This document shows, piece by piece, positions 1-12,104 of a DNA stretch of 64,000 nucleotides. Made by a program: the position numbers and the translations under genes. Origin of the DNA: Octopus bimaculoides (lineage: Eukaryota); the NCBI RefSeq assembly GCF_001194135.2, contig NC_068995.1:33913279-33977278 (forward strand). Reading direction: 5' to 3'. How positions within the stretch are numbered: the first letter of the stretch is position 1; each line of letters begins with the position of its first letter. The notes below the pieces were generated by a model that had not been told where the DNA came from, made no database searches, and saw only the letters and a list, made by a program, of their open reading frames with translations.

Positions 1-101
1 GGTGATGGCACATGCCTAGCAATTCAATTATTGATGTTTTGAGTACAGCTAGAAATCTTTTTTTGAAAAATGTAAGTAATATCTAATAGCAGTCTGACAA
101 T

Positions 102-140
<39 letters not shown>

Positions 141-142
<2 letters not shown>

Positions 143-572
143 CATCATCATCATCGTTTAACGTCCGCTTTCCATGCTAGCATGGGTTGGACGATCTGAC
201 TGAAGACTGGTGAAACCGGATGGCAACACCAGGCTCCAATCTAATTTGGCAGAGTTTCTACAGCTGGATGCCCTTCCTAACGCCAACCACTCAGAGAGTG
301 TAGTGGGTGCTTTTACGTGTCACCCGCACGAAAACGGCCACGCTCGAAATGGTGTCTTTGACGTGCCACCCGCACAAGCCAGTCCAGGGGCACTGGCAAC
401 GATCTCACTCGAAAATCCTACGGGAGCCAGTCAGGCGGTACTGGCAACGGCCACGCTCAAAATGGTGCATCTCATGTGCCACCCGCACAAGAGCCAGTCC
501 AGGGTCACTGGCAACGATCTTACTTGGCTTGCCGGGTCTTCTCACGCACAGCACATTTCCAAAGGTCTCGGT
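141..572 (-). mobile_element. Young RTE 3'-end copy inside a (TA)n tract
   Basis: (ATC)n tail, CCATGCTAGCATGG palindrome and GCCAGT..ACTGGC subrepeats. Ends in the RT stop region, with (TA)n on both flanks. Confidence 0.9.
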
Positions 573-1814
573 ATATATATATATGCATGTGTGTGTTACA
601 TTGATCTATATTTAATACCATCTCAAAATATGTCTCTCTATCAATTATATGCGACTAAATATATTGATACTATAACTAAAGAACAAACATAAAACTACTG
701 CAAACTATCAACAGTGGTCTGACAATAGGTACAACTGCAACCAAAATTACACATGTCTAGTTCTTTGACCACTGTAGTGTTTTAATTCCATATACCTATA
801 CAGCATGGTTAAATGTATTTTAAAATATGGAATTTATCAAGATTTTAAGAACTTTATGGTTTTCTTCCATTTAGCAAAAACTTGTATAGCTAGAAAATTT
901 TTTTGTAAGGATTAAAGTTATGAATTGAAAAAAAAGGTATTATACACATCTAATCTATTCTCATGAATCTTACTTTTTTTCACTTCAAAATTATCAGTGA
1001 AATATAATTAGAAGGTCACGGGTGTTAACTGCATCCACCACTTCAAGGAATGATGACTTTGTCTGACACTAGCCCCAGACTCAGCTGCTCTGGCTGACAA
1101 TACCTCATACAAACTTCTCTCTATAATTCCAGTCCTCAGCTTCCCATGCAAAACAAACGTTAAAGAAGAAACCTTTTCAATCCAAAGTGAAGCCCCTAAG
1201 GTGGTCTGGTGTTTAACTCAAAGCTGTTCTGGCAACTCTTGCAGCCAAACAGGTTCCTAAATGTGTTGCTCTACACTTGATTGGATCACACCAATGAGGT
1301 TGAGATGGGTATTCTGGTATCAGGGTAAGCCAGGTTTTCAAACATTCAATCTATTCTTGTGTTCTAGAGATGTCACTTCAGTGCCACTGTGACTGCCCCT
1401 CCCATTTTGGGTAGCTCCAACTGTAATTGTAGATCTCTTAAGTAATTGAAGAGCTATAGAAAGATTGATAAGGTCTCTAGCTATGTAGTCTTGTGCTTGC
1501 TAAGAATATCAGATGTAGATGACTTGTGGAAGTAATTAAATCCTAACTAAGGATTTTTTAGAAGCAAAGTTAGGGTTGGCAGCAAACAAAGTGAGGAATT
1601 TAGAGTATAAAGCGCTGTCTCTTTTACTCATTATAATTGATGAGGTGATAACACAAGAGTTTAGGACTAGACATATTTGGAAACTTTATATGCTGAATAT
1701 CTGTTTCTTATTTCAGAATATTTTGAACACCAGCAGAAAATATTTCAAACTTGTGTCTAAGGCCTAAAGGTCAACAGCATAAAGGCTGAAGTATTAATTA
1801 GTAATAGCTGAAAC

Positions 1815-2785
1815 TAAGCAATGAGTACAGCAACCAATTTAGTGTACAGGTAGGAGGGCTCAGTTCTTAGTACCGCCTTATGCATCCAGTACTTGCATCT
1901 CACAACCCGGCCATAACAGAGGAATTTAAGATTGGTTGCCTTAGGGAAGTTCTATATGATGACCTCATTCTTACAGCAGAAACTGGAGTAGAATCATAAA
2001 AGAAATTCCAGGTGTGGTAGCAAAACCTGAAATCAAATGGCCTTTAAGTTAACATACCAAAGACCAAAGTTCTAGTAAGCAGGAAATAGACATGACTCAA
2101 TTCTATTCAAGGAATTGGTCCTGTTTGACATATAGGAAAGGTGTAAGTAGAAATTCCATATGATGTGCCCAGTGCAAGCTATGGACACACAAGAAGTGCA
2201 GTAGATTTACAGGAAGGTTAACAGAAAAAGTAGACTTAGTATGTGGCAAATGTGAGAGTGCAATAAATACTAAGAACAAGGGAAACAGATTTTCTTGAAT
2301 ATCCAGGAGGATCCATAGAGATAGTAGACAGATTCTGTTACTTAGGTGACCTAACTAGCCATGTAGGAGGATATTCTGAAAGTATAGTCGCTAGAATAAG
2401 AATAGGATAAAGAAAGTTTAAAGAGCAACCTCTGTTGGTAACAAAAAGTCTGTCACTCTGTGAACGACAGTGTATGATGCTTGTGTATGAACAGCAATGT
2501 GAGATGCAAGCACTGAATGCAGAGGCCAGGTGAAAACTAGTAAAAAGAATAAGGCTAGTATGCTCTATTGGATGTGCAATGTCAATGTGCATATACAAAA
2601 AAGTACAAGTGTGTTGAGAGAGAAATTGGGCAAAAGAGGAATTACAATTAGTGTGAGAGAAAGAGAATGGAGTGGATACAGGCAGGAGGAAAAAGACTGA
2701 GCGAAAGACTAAGGAAGATGTAGCACAGTACGTTCCAGGATGACATGACAGAGATGGGAGTCAGCCTGAGTGGAGCTAAGAGGAA
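1815..2785 (+). mobile_element. Heavily degraded RTE RT fragment
   Basis: Contains CAQCKLWTHKKCSRFTGRLTEKVDLVCGKC and RT C-terminal remnants similar to the 47760-49955 copy. Ends approximate. Confidence 0.75.
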
Positions 2786-3696
2786 AGCGGGCAATCAAGA
2801 TGTTTGGAGAAGGCTCATTGCCCATTGTGCTGAAAGCACTGGAGATGCTAAGTACTATGAGGGTAAGAGAAAAAACTGTACTGATAAAATCAATTGATAT
2901 ATATTGACAGATGTCCGTAAAGTGCTGCGCTTTACAGATCTCCAATTGGTACAAAATCAATTCAAGTAGTGACTTGCAATACTGCACACCATATCACAAT
3001 GCTACTGAAAAAAGTGGATGTTAATGGTGATGAGATTAAAAATTGTAATTGTGAACCACTAATAGAAGGACCATGAATCCTAAATTCAGAAAATTTACAG
3101 GGCACCAGTGTTCAAATTTTAATCTTACACAAAGAAAAATGGTTTTTATTATTACAATCACAAGAGAAAGGATGGCAGCAGAACCAACTGAACATCAGAT
3201 TAAATATCTGAGTTCAAATTCCACTTGGGTTGACTTACATCCTTCCAGAGTTTATATAATAGGTACCAGGGAAATACTGAGTGGGTTGGTGCAATTGACT
3301 AAATTCCTCTTCAAAAATGTGTGGTCTTATGTGCATGTGAGAAACCACTGTTATATTTGTTATTTATTTTCTCAGTAACTATTCCCTTATACTAATAATA
3401 TACATTTTTATCAAACTAATCTGTAAACAATAACCTTTTTTTATGAACTTACCCATGATTATGATGCAAGTCAAAGTTAATTACTTTCCACATGGTCCTA
3501 TTCCAAGCTCTCCTTCATTGCCTATGCTCACTTATTTTAAAACAAAGTCAACAAATATTAAGTGTGTCCAAGCTGAACTATTATACAATTTCTTTTTAAT
3601 CTATTGACTGTATATGTTTTGTATAGCTGACATGTAAATTGTTAAAAAATTAAATGAAATTATGAAAGAGTTAAATAACAAAACAGTGATACTTAC

Positions 3697-3766
3697 TGAT
3701 GTTAATCTGTTTACAACTTCCATAGAATGAAGAGACATTTCCATGCTTACAAGGACAGAAAAATAC
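3697..3766 (-). CDS. CNOT11: CNOT11 coding exon 10 (YFSVLVSMEMSLHSMEVVNRLTS); further exons not found in the window
   Basis: ttttag| acceptor and |gtaagt donor, 70 nt. Contains the motif SLHSMEVVNRLT. The expected continuation (AVDLPPEFIHLYISNC...) was not seen in 1-3696. Confidence 0.95.
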
Positions 3767-4624
3767 CTAAAATTAAAAAAATACAACACACAATAAAATT
3801 ATAATTCCATTAAAATATGAATAGAAGACCTCAAGAATAAAAGTTACCATGAAGTATTGGTACATAAACTTGTTTATTAATTCATCCCAATTCATTGTTG
3901 TTACTTGTGAAAAAAAAAAGTACTGGGGGTCAATTTATTCAACTAAAACCTTAAAGGCAAGGACCCAACATGGCCACAGTCCAATGACTGAAACAAGTAA
4001 AAGATATGTAGTCAAAGAAAATATTTTATAACAATTTAGATTTTCTGCTCACTGACCAATGATGAGAAATGATATTAAAAATTCAGTGTTGTACCCCTAC
4101 GAAATGTAGGTTGAAAAAAGAAAATGGTTACAAACAATGAAGAAAGATGGGAGTGAATTTTATTAAATATTTAGCATAAATTAAGAAACAAATTGAGTTG
4201 AAATTCTATTCAAAATACTTAATGTTGTTTACATGAGAGAAACATAACATAATCAAAGGTGAATAAATAAATATGTCAGTCATACACAGACAGATCCATC
4301 TAAAGACATAAGGGATTACTTAAGTAAAGTATTCAACTGGTCAGTCAAAACAGACACTGGAGCTCAATGTAGTCTCTGACCTATCAAACCATCCAACTCG
4401 TGCCAGTATAGAATATGAATGCTAAATGAGGATGATGATGAAGGTCAACATTTATTTAATTGCGTCTACAGTTGCTATGGTTAGAATTATCACCAGATTA
4501 AACCATCCAATAACAAAGTACTATTAAATGTGCTGATATTAGGTTCACAATACAGTATTCTAATTTATATTATTGTATTATTATGGGATAAAGGATTGAA
4601 GGCTGATCTCAAAATGCTGAGCCT

Positions 4625-4935
4625 TATGAAGGAGATGACAGAGGACTGAGGTGTGGTGCCTTGCTGTACTTCAGATCTGCGCACCACAAGAGAGTTGAGA
4701 TCCTAAAACCAAGGTGCCATGTAAAAAAGCACTAGTGATGGTGCCATGTAAAAGGCACCCAGTACACTCTGTAAAGTTGACATTAGGAAGAGCATCCAGC
4801 TGTAGGAACCAAGCCAAAACAGAATATGGAACCTGGTATGGAACCTGGTGTGGTCCTTGGCCTTGCCAGTTCTTATCAAGCCATCCAACCCATGCCAACA
4901 TGAAAACAGACATCAAATGTTGATGATGATTGATG
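4625..4935 (+). repeat. Short RTE-family 3' end; similar short copies at about 14690-14830(-), 18475-18740(+), 43137-43320(-), 52818-53090(-), 54830-54940(-)
   Basis: Shared core ttaggaagggcatccagctgtagaaac...ccaacccatgccagcatggaaa...gttaaatgatgat. Ends approximate. Confidence 0.8.
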
Positions 4936-5144
4936 ACAATTGTATTATTACATGTTATATTACTGTTTTATCATTATGCTATTCTTATCAAAAGATGAGC
5001 ATTATTACTATTATAGCTTTTATTTTTCATTGTCTCCACATTTCCAGCTATTTATTATTGCATTTCTACACAATCACAAATTAAAGAAAATTAAATTTTG
5101 GAAGAACAAAAATTAATTTTGTAGTTAAATTACAATAAACTTAC

Positions 5145-5224
5145 TCAGTAATTTGATTTGATTCCATTAGTTTAAGTAGGACTTCAATGGCCACTATTGG
5201 GTTGTTTTCCACCAGATCTGGAAG
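5145..5224 (-). CDS. CNOT11: CNOT11 coding exon 9 ([26 protein letters not shown])
   Basis: tttcag| acceptor and |gtaagt donor, 80 nt. Contains the C-terminal-domain motif LPDLVENNP. Confidence 0.96.
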
Positions 5225-5778
5225 CTGAAACAAGAGCCAGAATATAAAAATAGAATTTTGAAAGATCACAGAAAAACTACTCTGTCAAATGTAATGCTTA
5301 TTCATTCATATTGTTTTGAATTAGTCATGCATTATCTCAGTTTTGAGATTTTAATGAGATTATATATTTTTAGAATGACATTGTAGGGTAGGTGTGAGAA
5401 ACCAGATCTGACTGGTTTGTAGATAGAACAGGTAGAATAATCAGGCCATATATTGCCAGTTTAAATGCTAAGAGGTGGAAGCACCACTACCACCCGCGAT
5501 ATTATCAGCAACCTCTACAGTCATTAAGTAACAGGAATATAAATAGTTTGATATCATTATATCCTGCCTCAGTCAGCTTAGTTTTTTTTCTCTTTCTAGT
5601 AGGCATAAGGTATCAGTCAAATACTGTGGTGGATTTACTCAACTATAGACTTTCAGTAGCATTCTCCTAATCTTTGCTTGATTATAAAGTTGTTACTCCA
5701 TAGAATTTCTTTACAATACAGTAATCCACATATATACAATGATTATGTCCAAAGCGATTACATCATTGGGTAAATATA

Positions 5779-7603
5779 CAGGGGCTGGACAAAATAATGG
5801 AAACACCTTAAAATTTCAAACAAATTTATTTTAATATGGGGTAGGACCGTTTTTGGCAGTAATTACAGCTTGAATTCTATAGGTATGGACTTGTACAAAG
5901 TTTGAATTGTTTCCAAAGGAATTTTTGTCCATTCTTCAGCTAAAACAGTCTCCAGTTCTTGTAGTGGTGATGGTGGAGGATATCGACTCCTTACTTGTTT
6001 TTCTAAAATGCACCACAAATATTCAATAATACTAAGATCTGGGGACTGTGGTGGCCAGATAAGATGTTCAACTTCACTAGAATGTTCCTCGTGCCATTCA
6101 GTAACAACTTTAGCTGTGTGAATTGGTGCATTATCATCCTGAAAGATTGCGTTTCCCTCGGAAAAAGTTCCACAACCATAGGATGAATTTGATCAGATAA
6201 AATGCTTATAGTTCTGCTATGAAGGGAAACCATTGGGCAGGAGGATTTCCAAGATATAGCCACCCCACCCCCAGATCATCACAGATCCTCCTCCATGTTT
6301 AACAGTTGGAAGAAGGCAGTCAGGGTCAAATGCTTCTTTTGGCTGTCTTCACACGTATACTTGGCCGGTGGTCGGAAATAGGGTAAAGAATGTCTTAATT
6401 GCTGAGTCACTACCAGAACTAGAGGAGAAGATTCAAGTGTGGACACATAAGAGGTGCAACAATATCAAAGGAAGACAAACTGGGAAGATAGTTTTTGTAT
6501 GTGGCAAATGCTCAGGTGCTATAAACACTGAAAATGTGCAGAGAACAGCTTCTATCACATTCCAGGGAGAAAAATTACGTGCTGCTGGCACATAAAAAGC
6601 ACCATTCGAGTGTGATTGTTGCTAGCATCGCCTTACTGGCACATGTGTCGGTGGCACGTGAAAAACAACATTTGAGTATGGTCATTGCTAGTGCTGCCGG
6701 ACTGGCACCCATGCAGGTGGCACGTAAAAAACACCTTTTGTGTGTGGTCGTTGCCAGTACCGTCTGACTGGCTCGCATGCTGGTACCATGTAAAAGCACC
6801 CACTACACTCTCAGAGTGGTTGGTGTTAGGAAGAGCATCTAGCTGTAGAAACTTTGTCAGATCAGATTGAGCGTGGTGCAGCCTCTGGCTCACCAGTCCT
6901 CAGTCAAACTCTCCAACCCATGCCAGCATGGAAAGCAGATGTTAAACGACGACGACGATGTCCAAAAAAATAACATTCTTCCACCGCTCTAGGGACCAAT
7001 TCTGTAGGTTCTTATTGCACTCTAAACGCTTTGCAATGTTTGTTTTTGAAAGTAGTGGTTTTCTAATTGCAGCCCTCCCATGAAATCTGGCTTTGTGCAG
7101 CTCCCGGTGAACAGTTCTTGTCGAAATTGAGTTCTCAAGGTGGTCATTAAACTCTGAAGTAATTTTGGGAGCTGTACTTTTGTGATCCTTTCTAACAATT
7201 CACATAAGAGTACGACGGTCCCTATCTGAAAGCTTTGGTTTTCTTCCAGAGTTTTGTTTCGATGAGGGTTTTTCCCTCTTTCTCAAAGGCTGTCATTACT
7301 TTTGAGACAGTACTTCTTGATACACCAAACATTTTGGCTGTTTTTGTTACTCTAGCGCCTGCCATATGAGCACCAATAATTTGACCACTTTGAAAGTCCG
7401 ATAGATCTGTCATTTTAATGAATTTTCATTACCTTTTTCTGATGATATCTGAAAAGAAACAGCAATTCTAGCAAAACATATTAAGCAACACTAATAATAA
7501 ATAAAAAAAACATAAAAATAAACAAGCTTTTGATGGTTTTATAGATATTTCAAAATTATGATGCTATGATGTGAGGTGTTTCCATTATTTTGTCCAACCC
7601 CTG
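5779..7603 (-). mobile_element. Tc1/mariner transposon with DD36E spacing, interrupted by a LINE fragment
   Basis: 30-bp TIRs CAGGGG(C/T)TGGACAAAATAATGGAAACACCT with one mismatch, flanked by TA. Transposase pieces: MTDLSDFQSGQIIGAHMAGARV (HTH), TVKHGGGSVMIWG, FQDDNAPIH...WPPQSPDLSIIEYLW, AVITAKNGPTPY*. Confidence 0.95.
6393..6960 (+). mobile_element. Internally deleted RTE copy nested in the Tc1 element
   Basis: Encodes LIAESLPELEEKIQVW|THKRCNNIKG...FQGEK, then the family 3'UTR and a (GAC)n tail. Confidence 0.88.
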
Positions 7604-7686
7604 TATGTATATGACAAGGATGTCCCATCAAGTAAGCTGGTGGTAAATGTGGAATTATAGATTTCCCTCAAAACTACATCACATAC

Positions 7687-7893
7687 CTTAGTTGGAGTCA
7701 AACCAATGTGGTAAACTAACTTAGGGTCCTTTTCTAATTCATCCATTAATTGCTGCTGTTGCTGTAAAGTTAAAGAACTTTTCAGTGCCAAGCTCATGAG
7801 GCATCGTACTTCAGTTCCAGCTGTACTACTTGAACACATTGTTGTATCCCAGGCAGGAGTATAGTCAGCTTCAAAAGGATTCATCCAGACAAG
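7687..7893 (-). CDS. CNOT11: CNOT11 coding exon 8 (LVWMNPFEADYTPAWDTTMC...ELEKDPKLVYHIGLTPTK)
   Basis: ttttaag| acceptor and |gtatgt donor, 207 nt. Contains the CNOT11 motif ELEKDPKLVYHIGLTP. Confidence 0.96.
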
Positions 7894-9575
7894 CTTAAAA
7901 ACAAAAATAAACCAACAAACTTAAGATACAAGGGAGCAGCTTAATTATTCAAAGGTGCAAAACGAGAAGGCAAAAACCAATTCATTAAATACTTCTAAGT
8001 TCTGTAACTATACACATTATGAACAATTGTAACAATATAACCTATTGCCAGTGAGGCAACCAATCTAAGATTATATTTAACACTCATAACCTCTAATATA
8101 AAAAACAATTTAGCTATAGATCTTTATAGATTTTCTAATGAATTAAAGTAAAGGAGAAAATGACTATACTTATAATAGAAGAGGCTGGAGACAATTATTT
8201 AAAGAAATCTTGGTTTTGATGTAATTGTAGATATTATTAACTGCTGAGGTATTAGAAAGAGTAATAAATACTGGTGTATTATATATATTCTCACCTTGGA
8301 TTTCATGTTTGATTAGAAATGTTTACATATTTTTTTTAATAATTTTTGTTTTTGATCTGAAGGCCTTATCAGAACTAGAGGTGAAAAGAATTGATGTTCA
8401 GTTTGAATTCCCGCAGGTTATTACTATTAGGTAATACATGTACAAGTAGTGAGTTTCGGACGACTGAAGACTTAGATGTTAAGGATAGGAAAGTGCTTTT
8501 TTTTTCTTTTACTGATTAGTCAGAAAGGAAGAGCAGTACCCATGACCCTTCACAAGGCTCCACCACAACTAAAACTGATTTCAAATGATTGCAACAGAAT
8601 GAACTTTGATAAAGTCATCCAAGGACCAGTGGTGGCATTAAACTGGGTAATGGATTAAGTTTACTACCCAAGCAGGCCATGGTGGGATTTGAAAACAGAA
8701 CAAATATGCAAGACATCTTGTTCAACACCCTCATGATACTACCAATCCCCCACCCTGAACTTTATTTACCAATCTTGGGATGACAAAAGGTAAAGCTAAC
8801 TTCTGTGGGACTTGAACTCAGAGAGCAAGAAGCTGGCATAACTCCCACAAGGCATTTCATTTGATGCTCTAACAACTCTACTGATTTACTGCTGATGCAG
8901 GATTGGGGCGGGGTCAAGATAAAATAGGAATTAAATGAAGAGAGACAAAATTAAATAATAACACTAAGGTAACAATTATCAATAGCTGCTGATGTTATTT
9001 AACCCAAGTTTAGCCGAGATTTAGTAAACCTACAATCAAAGGCATTCTAGCCATGACCATCCAATTTTTTTTCTCCAGCATATCTAGAATTACATTATTC
9101 AATTATCCTTCTTTCTTAAAATGGAAGGCTGTGATTTGAAAGAAATTTGGTTGCTATTTCTTATAGACCATGCATCCATGAGATTTCAGGCCCTGAATGC
9201 TTGCAACAGGTATCAGCTGGTGGTGTTACAAATTGGGAATTGGATTAAGTTTTCTCTACAATAGCAGTAATTGCTTCACCCCCACCTTTTGATTGGTTTC
9301 CATACAGTTTCTATCTGTCAAATTTCATTCACAAAGTACTGGTTTGATCCAAGGCTATAACTGAAGGCACTTACTGAAAGTGTTGCAAACCTGAAGCCAG
9401 CTTGAAGTGAACTCTTTAACCACAGCTATGCCTACACTCATATTGGGATAGGGACTCACATGCTAGGACCTAATCGACTTGTTATTCTATAAAGTAATAA
9501 TTCTTCTCGCTGAATTAGATGACATGATATTTAAACTACCAATGAAAGAAATACAGTAACCGTAAACAACCTCAC

Positions 9576-9729
9576 CTCATCTTCAGCAATATGCAATGGT
9601 GGTGCAAGTCTGATAAATTCTGGTCTCATACAATTCTCTACAGGTGGGTTGGGACCTGTTAGCAAGGCTTCAATTGTTTGCCTTTGAACATCTTGATTTA
9701 CTAAGCCAGGTTTTCCAAATTGTTCAAAA
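9576..9729 (-). CDS. CNOT11: CNOT11 coding exon 7 (FEQFGKPG...EALLTGPNPPVENCMRPEFIRLAPPLHIAEDE)
   Basis: attag| acceptor and |gtgagg donor, 154 nt. Matches [32 protein letters not shown]. Confidence 0.95.
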
Positions 9730-10037
9730 CTAATGTAAAAAAAATATTTAGAAAACATAAACAAACAGAATATTATACAAGCAACCACTACCACCACCAC
9801 CTTGTGTATATGGTAACCTCAGACTGTTGGATTTGTAAAGACTGACCCCTAATTTCTGGAAACAGTCTGTAATTTTGCTCTTATAGAAGACGGTTGAATA
9901 AATTTTTGGTGTTTTAACTGAAATCATAGTTAGCAATCTCAGAAACTATAATCAAGATATACATATACATACACATACACACACACACACATATGCATAT
10001 ATATCTATACCTATATATATGTATACCTACACATGTA

Positions 10038-10466
10038 CAGGGTGTTTGGGCTAAATTTGACAATTTTTTACGTCTCCTTTTTTTTTTAAGAACAGTCAAA
10101 TGCATTGGGGAGCATAAAGATTAAAGTTGCAGTTGAGAAAAAGCTAGGTGACACAGAGGAGTGGAAACCATCTGTATATTGGGAAAGAGTTATCTGCATC
10201 ATGATGGCTTGCACCAGGTATCAAGTTGCTGACATAATGACTGCTGTTCAATGCTTTGTGAACATTGTAAAGGTTAGAAGACATGACATGGACATTATGG
10301 AAATCAAGTTCTCCCACACTATCTGCGGGTGTGTCTTCAGAGGGGATGACATCATGCCACCCTACATCTTTCAACAAGGCCTTAGGCTCAACTGAGATGG
10401 CTATGTGAAGCTGTTGGAGACTGTCGTCAAACCCTGGCTGGAGAGGGTTGCTGCTGGAAGGCATAC
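10038..10466 (+). mobile_element. Tc1/mariner fragment, maT/DD37D-like
   Basis: Starts TA-CAGGGTGTTTGG. Translation includes GDDIMPPYIFQQGLRLN*DGYVKLLETVVKPWLERVAAGR, typical of the region before the second Asp in maT-type transposases. Truncated. Confidence 0.7.
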
Positions 10467-10837
10467 ATATATACAGCTTAGACTGTATTGTGAAAAAGGC
10501 CATCTACTGACATAGAGTTGCAGTCTTTTCACTTTGCCTTTCAACTACTACCATAGTACCTTCTGTTTCTTAGAGCTGACTGGATTTGTTCCATTTTCAT
10601 AAAGGAGAGCTCATCTCACTTGTATCTCATCCTTTTTTTTCATCCATATAGTGACTACATACTACTGTTTACATATCTGCTCACTGCAACACTAGGTCAT
10701 GGACATAGCGTTTCCATTTACTGCCTCCTCTTTGAACTAGTACCTTTTGAATACCAATTATTTGCATTGAGTACACAATATCAGATTCCTACCTACACCC
10801 TTCTGACATTCTATTTAAAGCAAGAAAATATACTTAC

Positions 10838-10953
10838 CTCGTTGGTTTGCTATCAGGATCTGGAACAATTGATGGCATAGAAGATTTACTGATTGCAGGT
10901 AATTCAGACTGTTTTTCAGCCAGAGTAATTTGTAGAGAAGTTATGTCCATTGT
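10838..10953 (-). CDS. CNOT11: CNOT11 coding exon 6 (TMDITSLQITLAEKQSELPAISKSSMPSIVPDPDSKPT)
   Basis: tttatag| acceptor and |gtaagt donor, 116 nt. Matches [34 protein letters not shown]. Confidence 0.93.
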
Positions 10954-12104
10954 CTATAAAGATGGAGGAAATAATTAGCTACAGTTCTAAGTAACTAATT
11001 ACTGGTATGCATTCTAAAACAAGGTGTACCAGATATTATAAGGTATAAGTGGACGTAAAATAACACATATATGTTGAAGTTATGGTTTGAAATGAACCTG
11101 CCGTGTGTAGTTGGTGAACAATGAGTGTAAGGGAAACTAATGGAAGTATTGTTCACATAAATGTCAAGTAAAAAAAAAATATAGGTCTGCTTGATGTGGG
11201 CTGACCAGAGACTAAACAAAGCAGCTTAATCCATGTAAAGGCTAAACGTTTTAATAAACTTTATCAACATTTCACAGCAGAGATGACAGTGATGAGGATA
11301 GCATTGCTGACAAAAATAACAACAAATGTTAAGTTCTTAGGCAATGAGAAAGCTTTTATACAGTCACTTGATTCACTAGAAGCAGAAGCCAAGTCTTCCT
11401 ACCTTCTTAAACACAGGACATATTGGTCAATGTAGTGTTTGATATACAAAAAGACAAGATGGTTACAACTGGAACACCTTTGTTCATAGGTCTGCTTCAT
11501 CAACATCAACAACAAATATTAGTCATAACTAATGTTGGCTGAGTGGTCAATCGATGCAAGAGGAAATAGGTGTCATTGCTTTAAATAATCAATTTAAACA
11601 CTTTTGCTCTGAGCCATTACTCAGAGAGAAAGTCTCTATATCATTGCTCAGTCTGAGAGAAGTAACTGCTAAATCTCCTCAAATCTTCCACATCACTTAT
11701 CATTTTGCAAAAAGGAAGGACACATAGGATTATATATTCCTAAACATCTCTAAAAATGATAGGATGGTCCTGGTTGGAATGCTTTTTATAATAGGTTTCT
11801 ATTATCATTGCTGGTCAGGAGCCTAACAACAGCCCTTCTGATAGTCATAGTTACTGATACTTCTCTAACAATGCACGAAACCCACAGCTCAACAGTTGAA
11901 TTATATTTGCATATTAGAGATGATTCTGAAATAATGTGGTAGATTTGAATAAACAATTCAAAGTACTACAACAAGGTTTGTTTCTTGGGCTTTTTTCTAA
12001 TTGAAATCAATATTTCTAAAAAGTCTACACACAATTTAAACAATGTTCAGTTTCCACTAAAACACATGCTGCCAGAAGCGAGTCATGTTTTAGAGCTCAG
12101 TTTC

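Noticed and set aside
210-692. Recurring ORF MKPDGNTRLQSNLAEFLQLDALPN... (also at 6633, 39866, 53917, 63679), which looks like a small gene family
   Set aside because: It is the antisense reading of the RTE 3'UTR; the C-termini differ and run into flanks or gaps.
1-3696. Searched for the final CNOT11 exons (AVDLPPEFIHLYISNC...)
   Set aside because: No matching frame with splice sites was seen by eye; they are presumed to lie left of the window.
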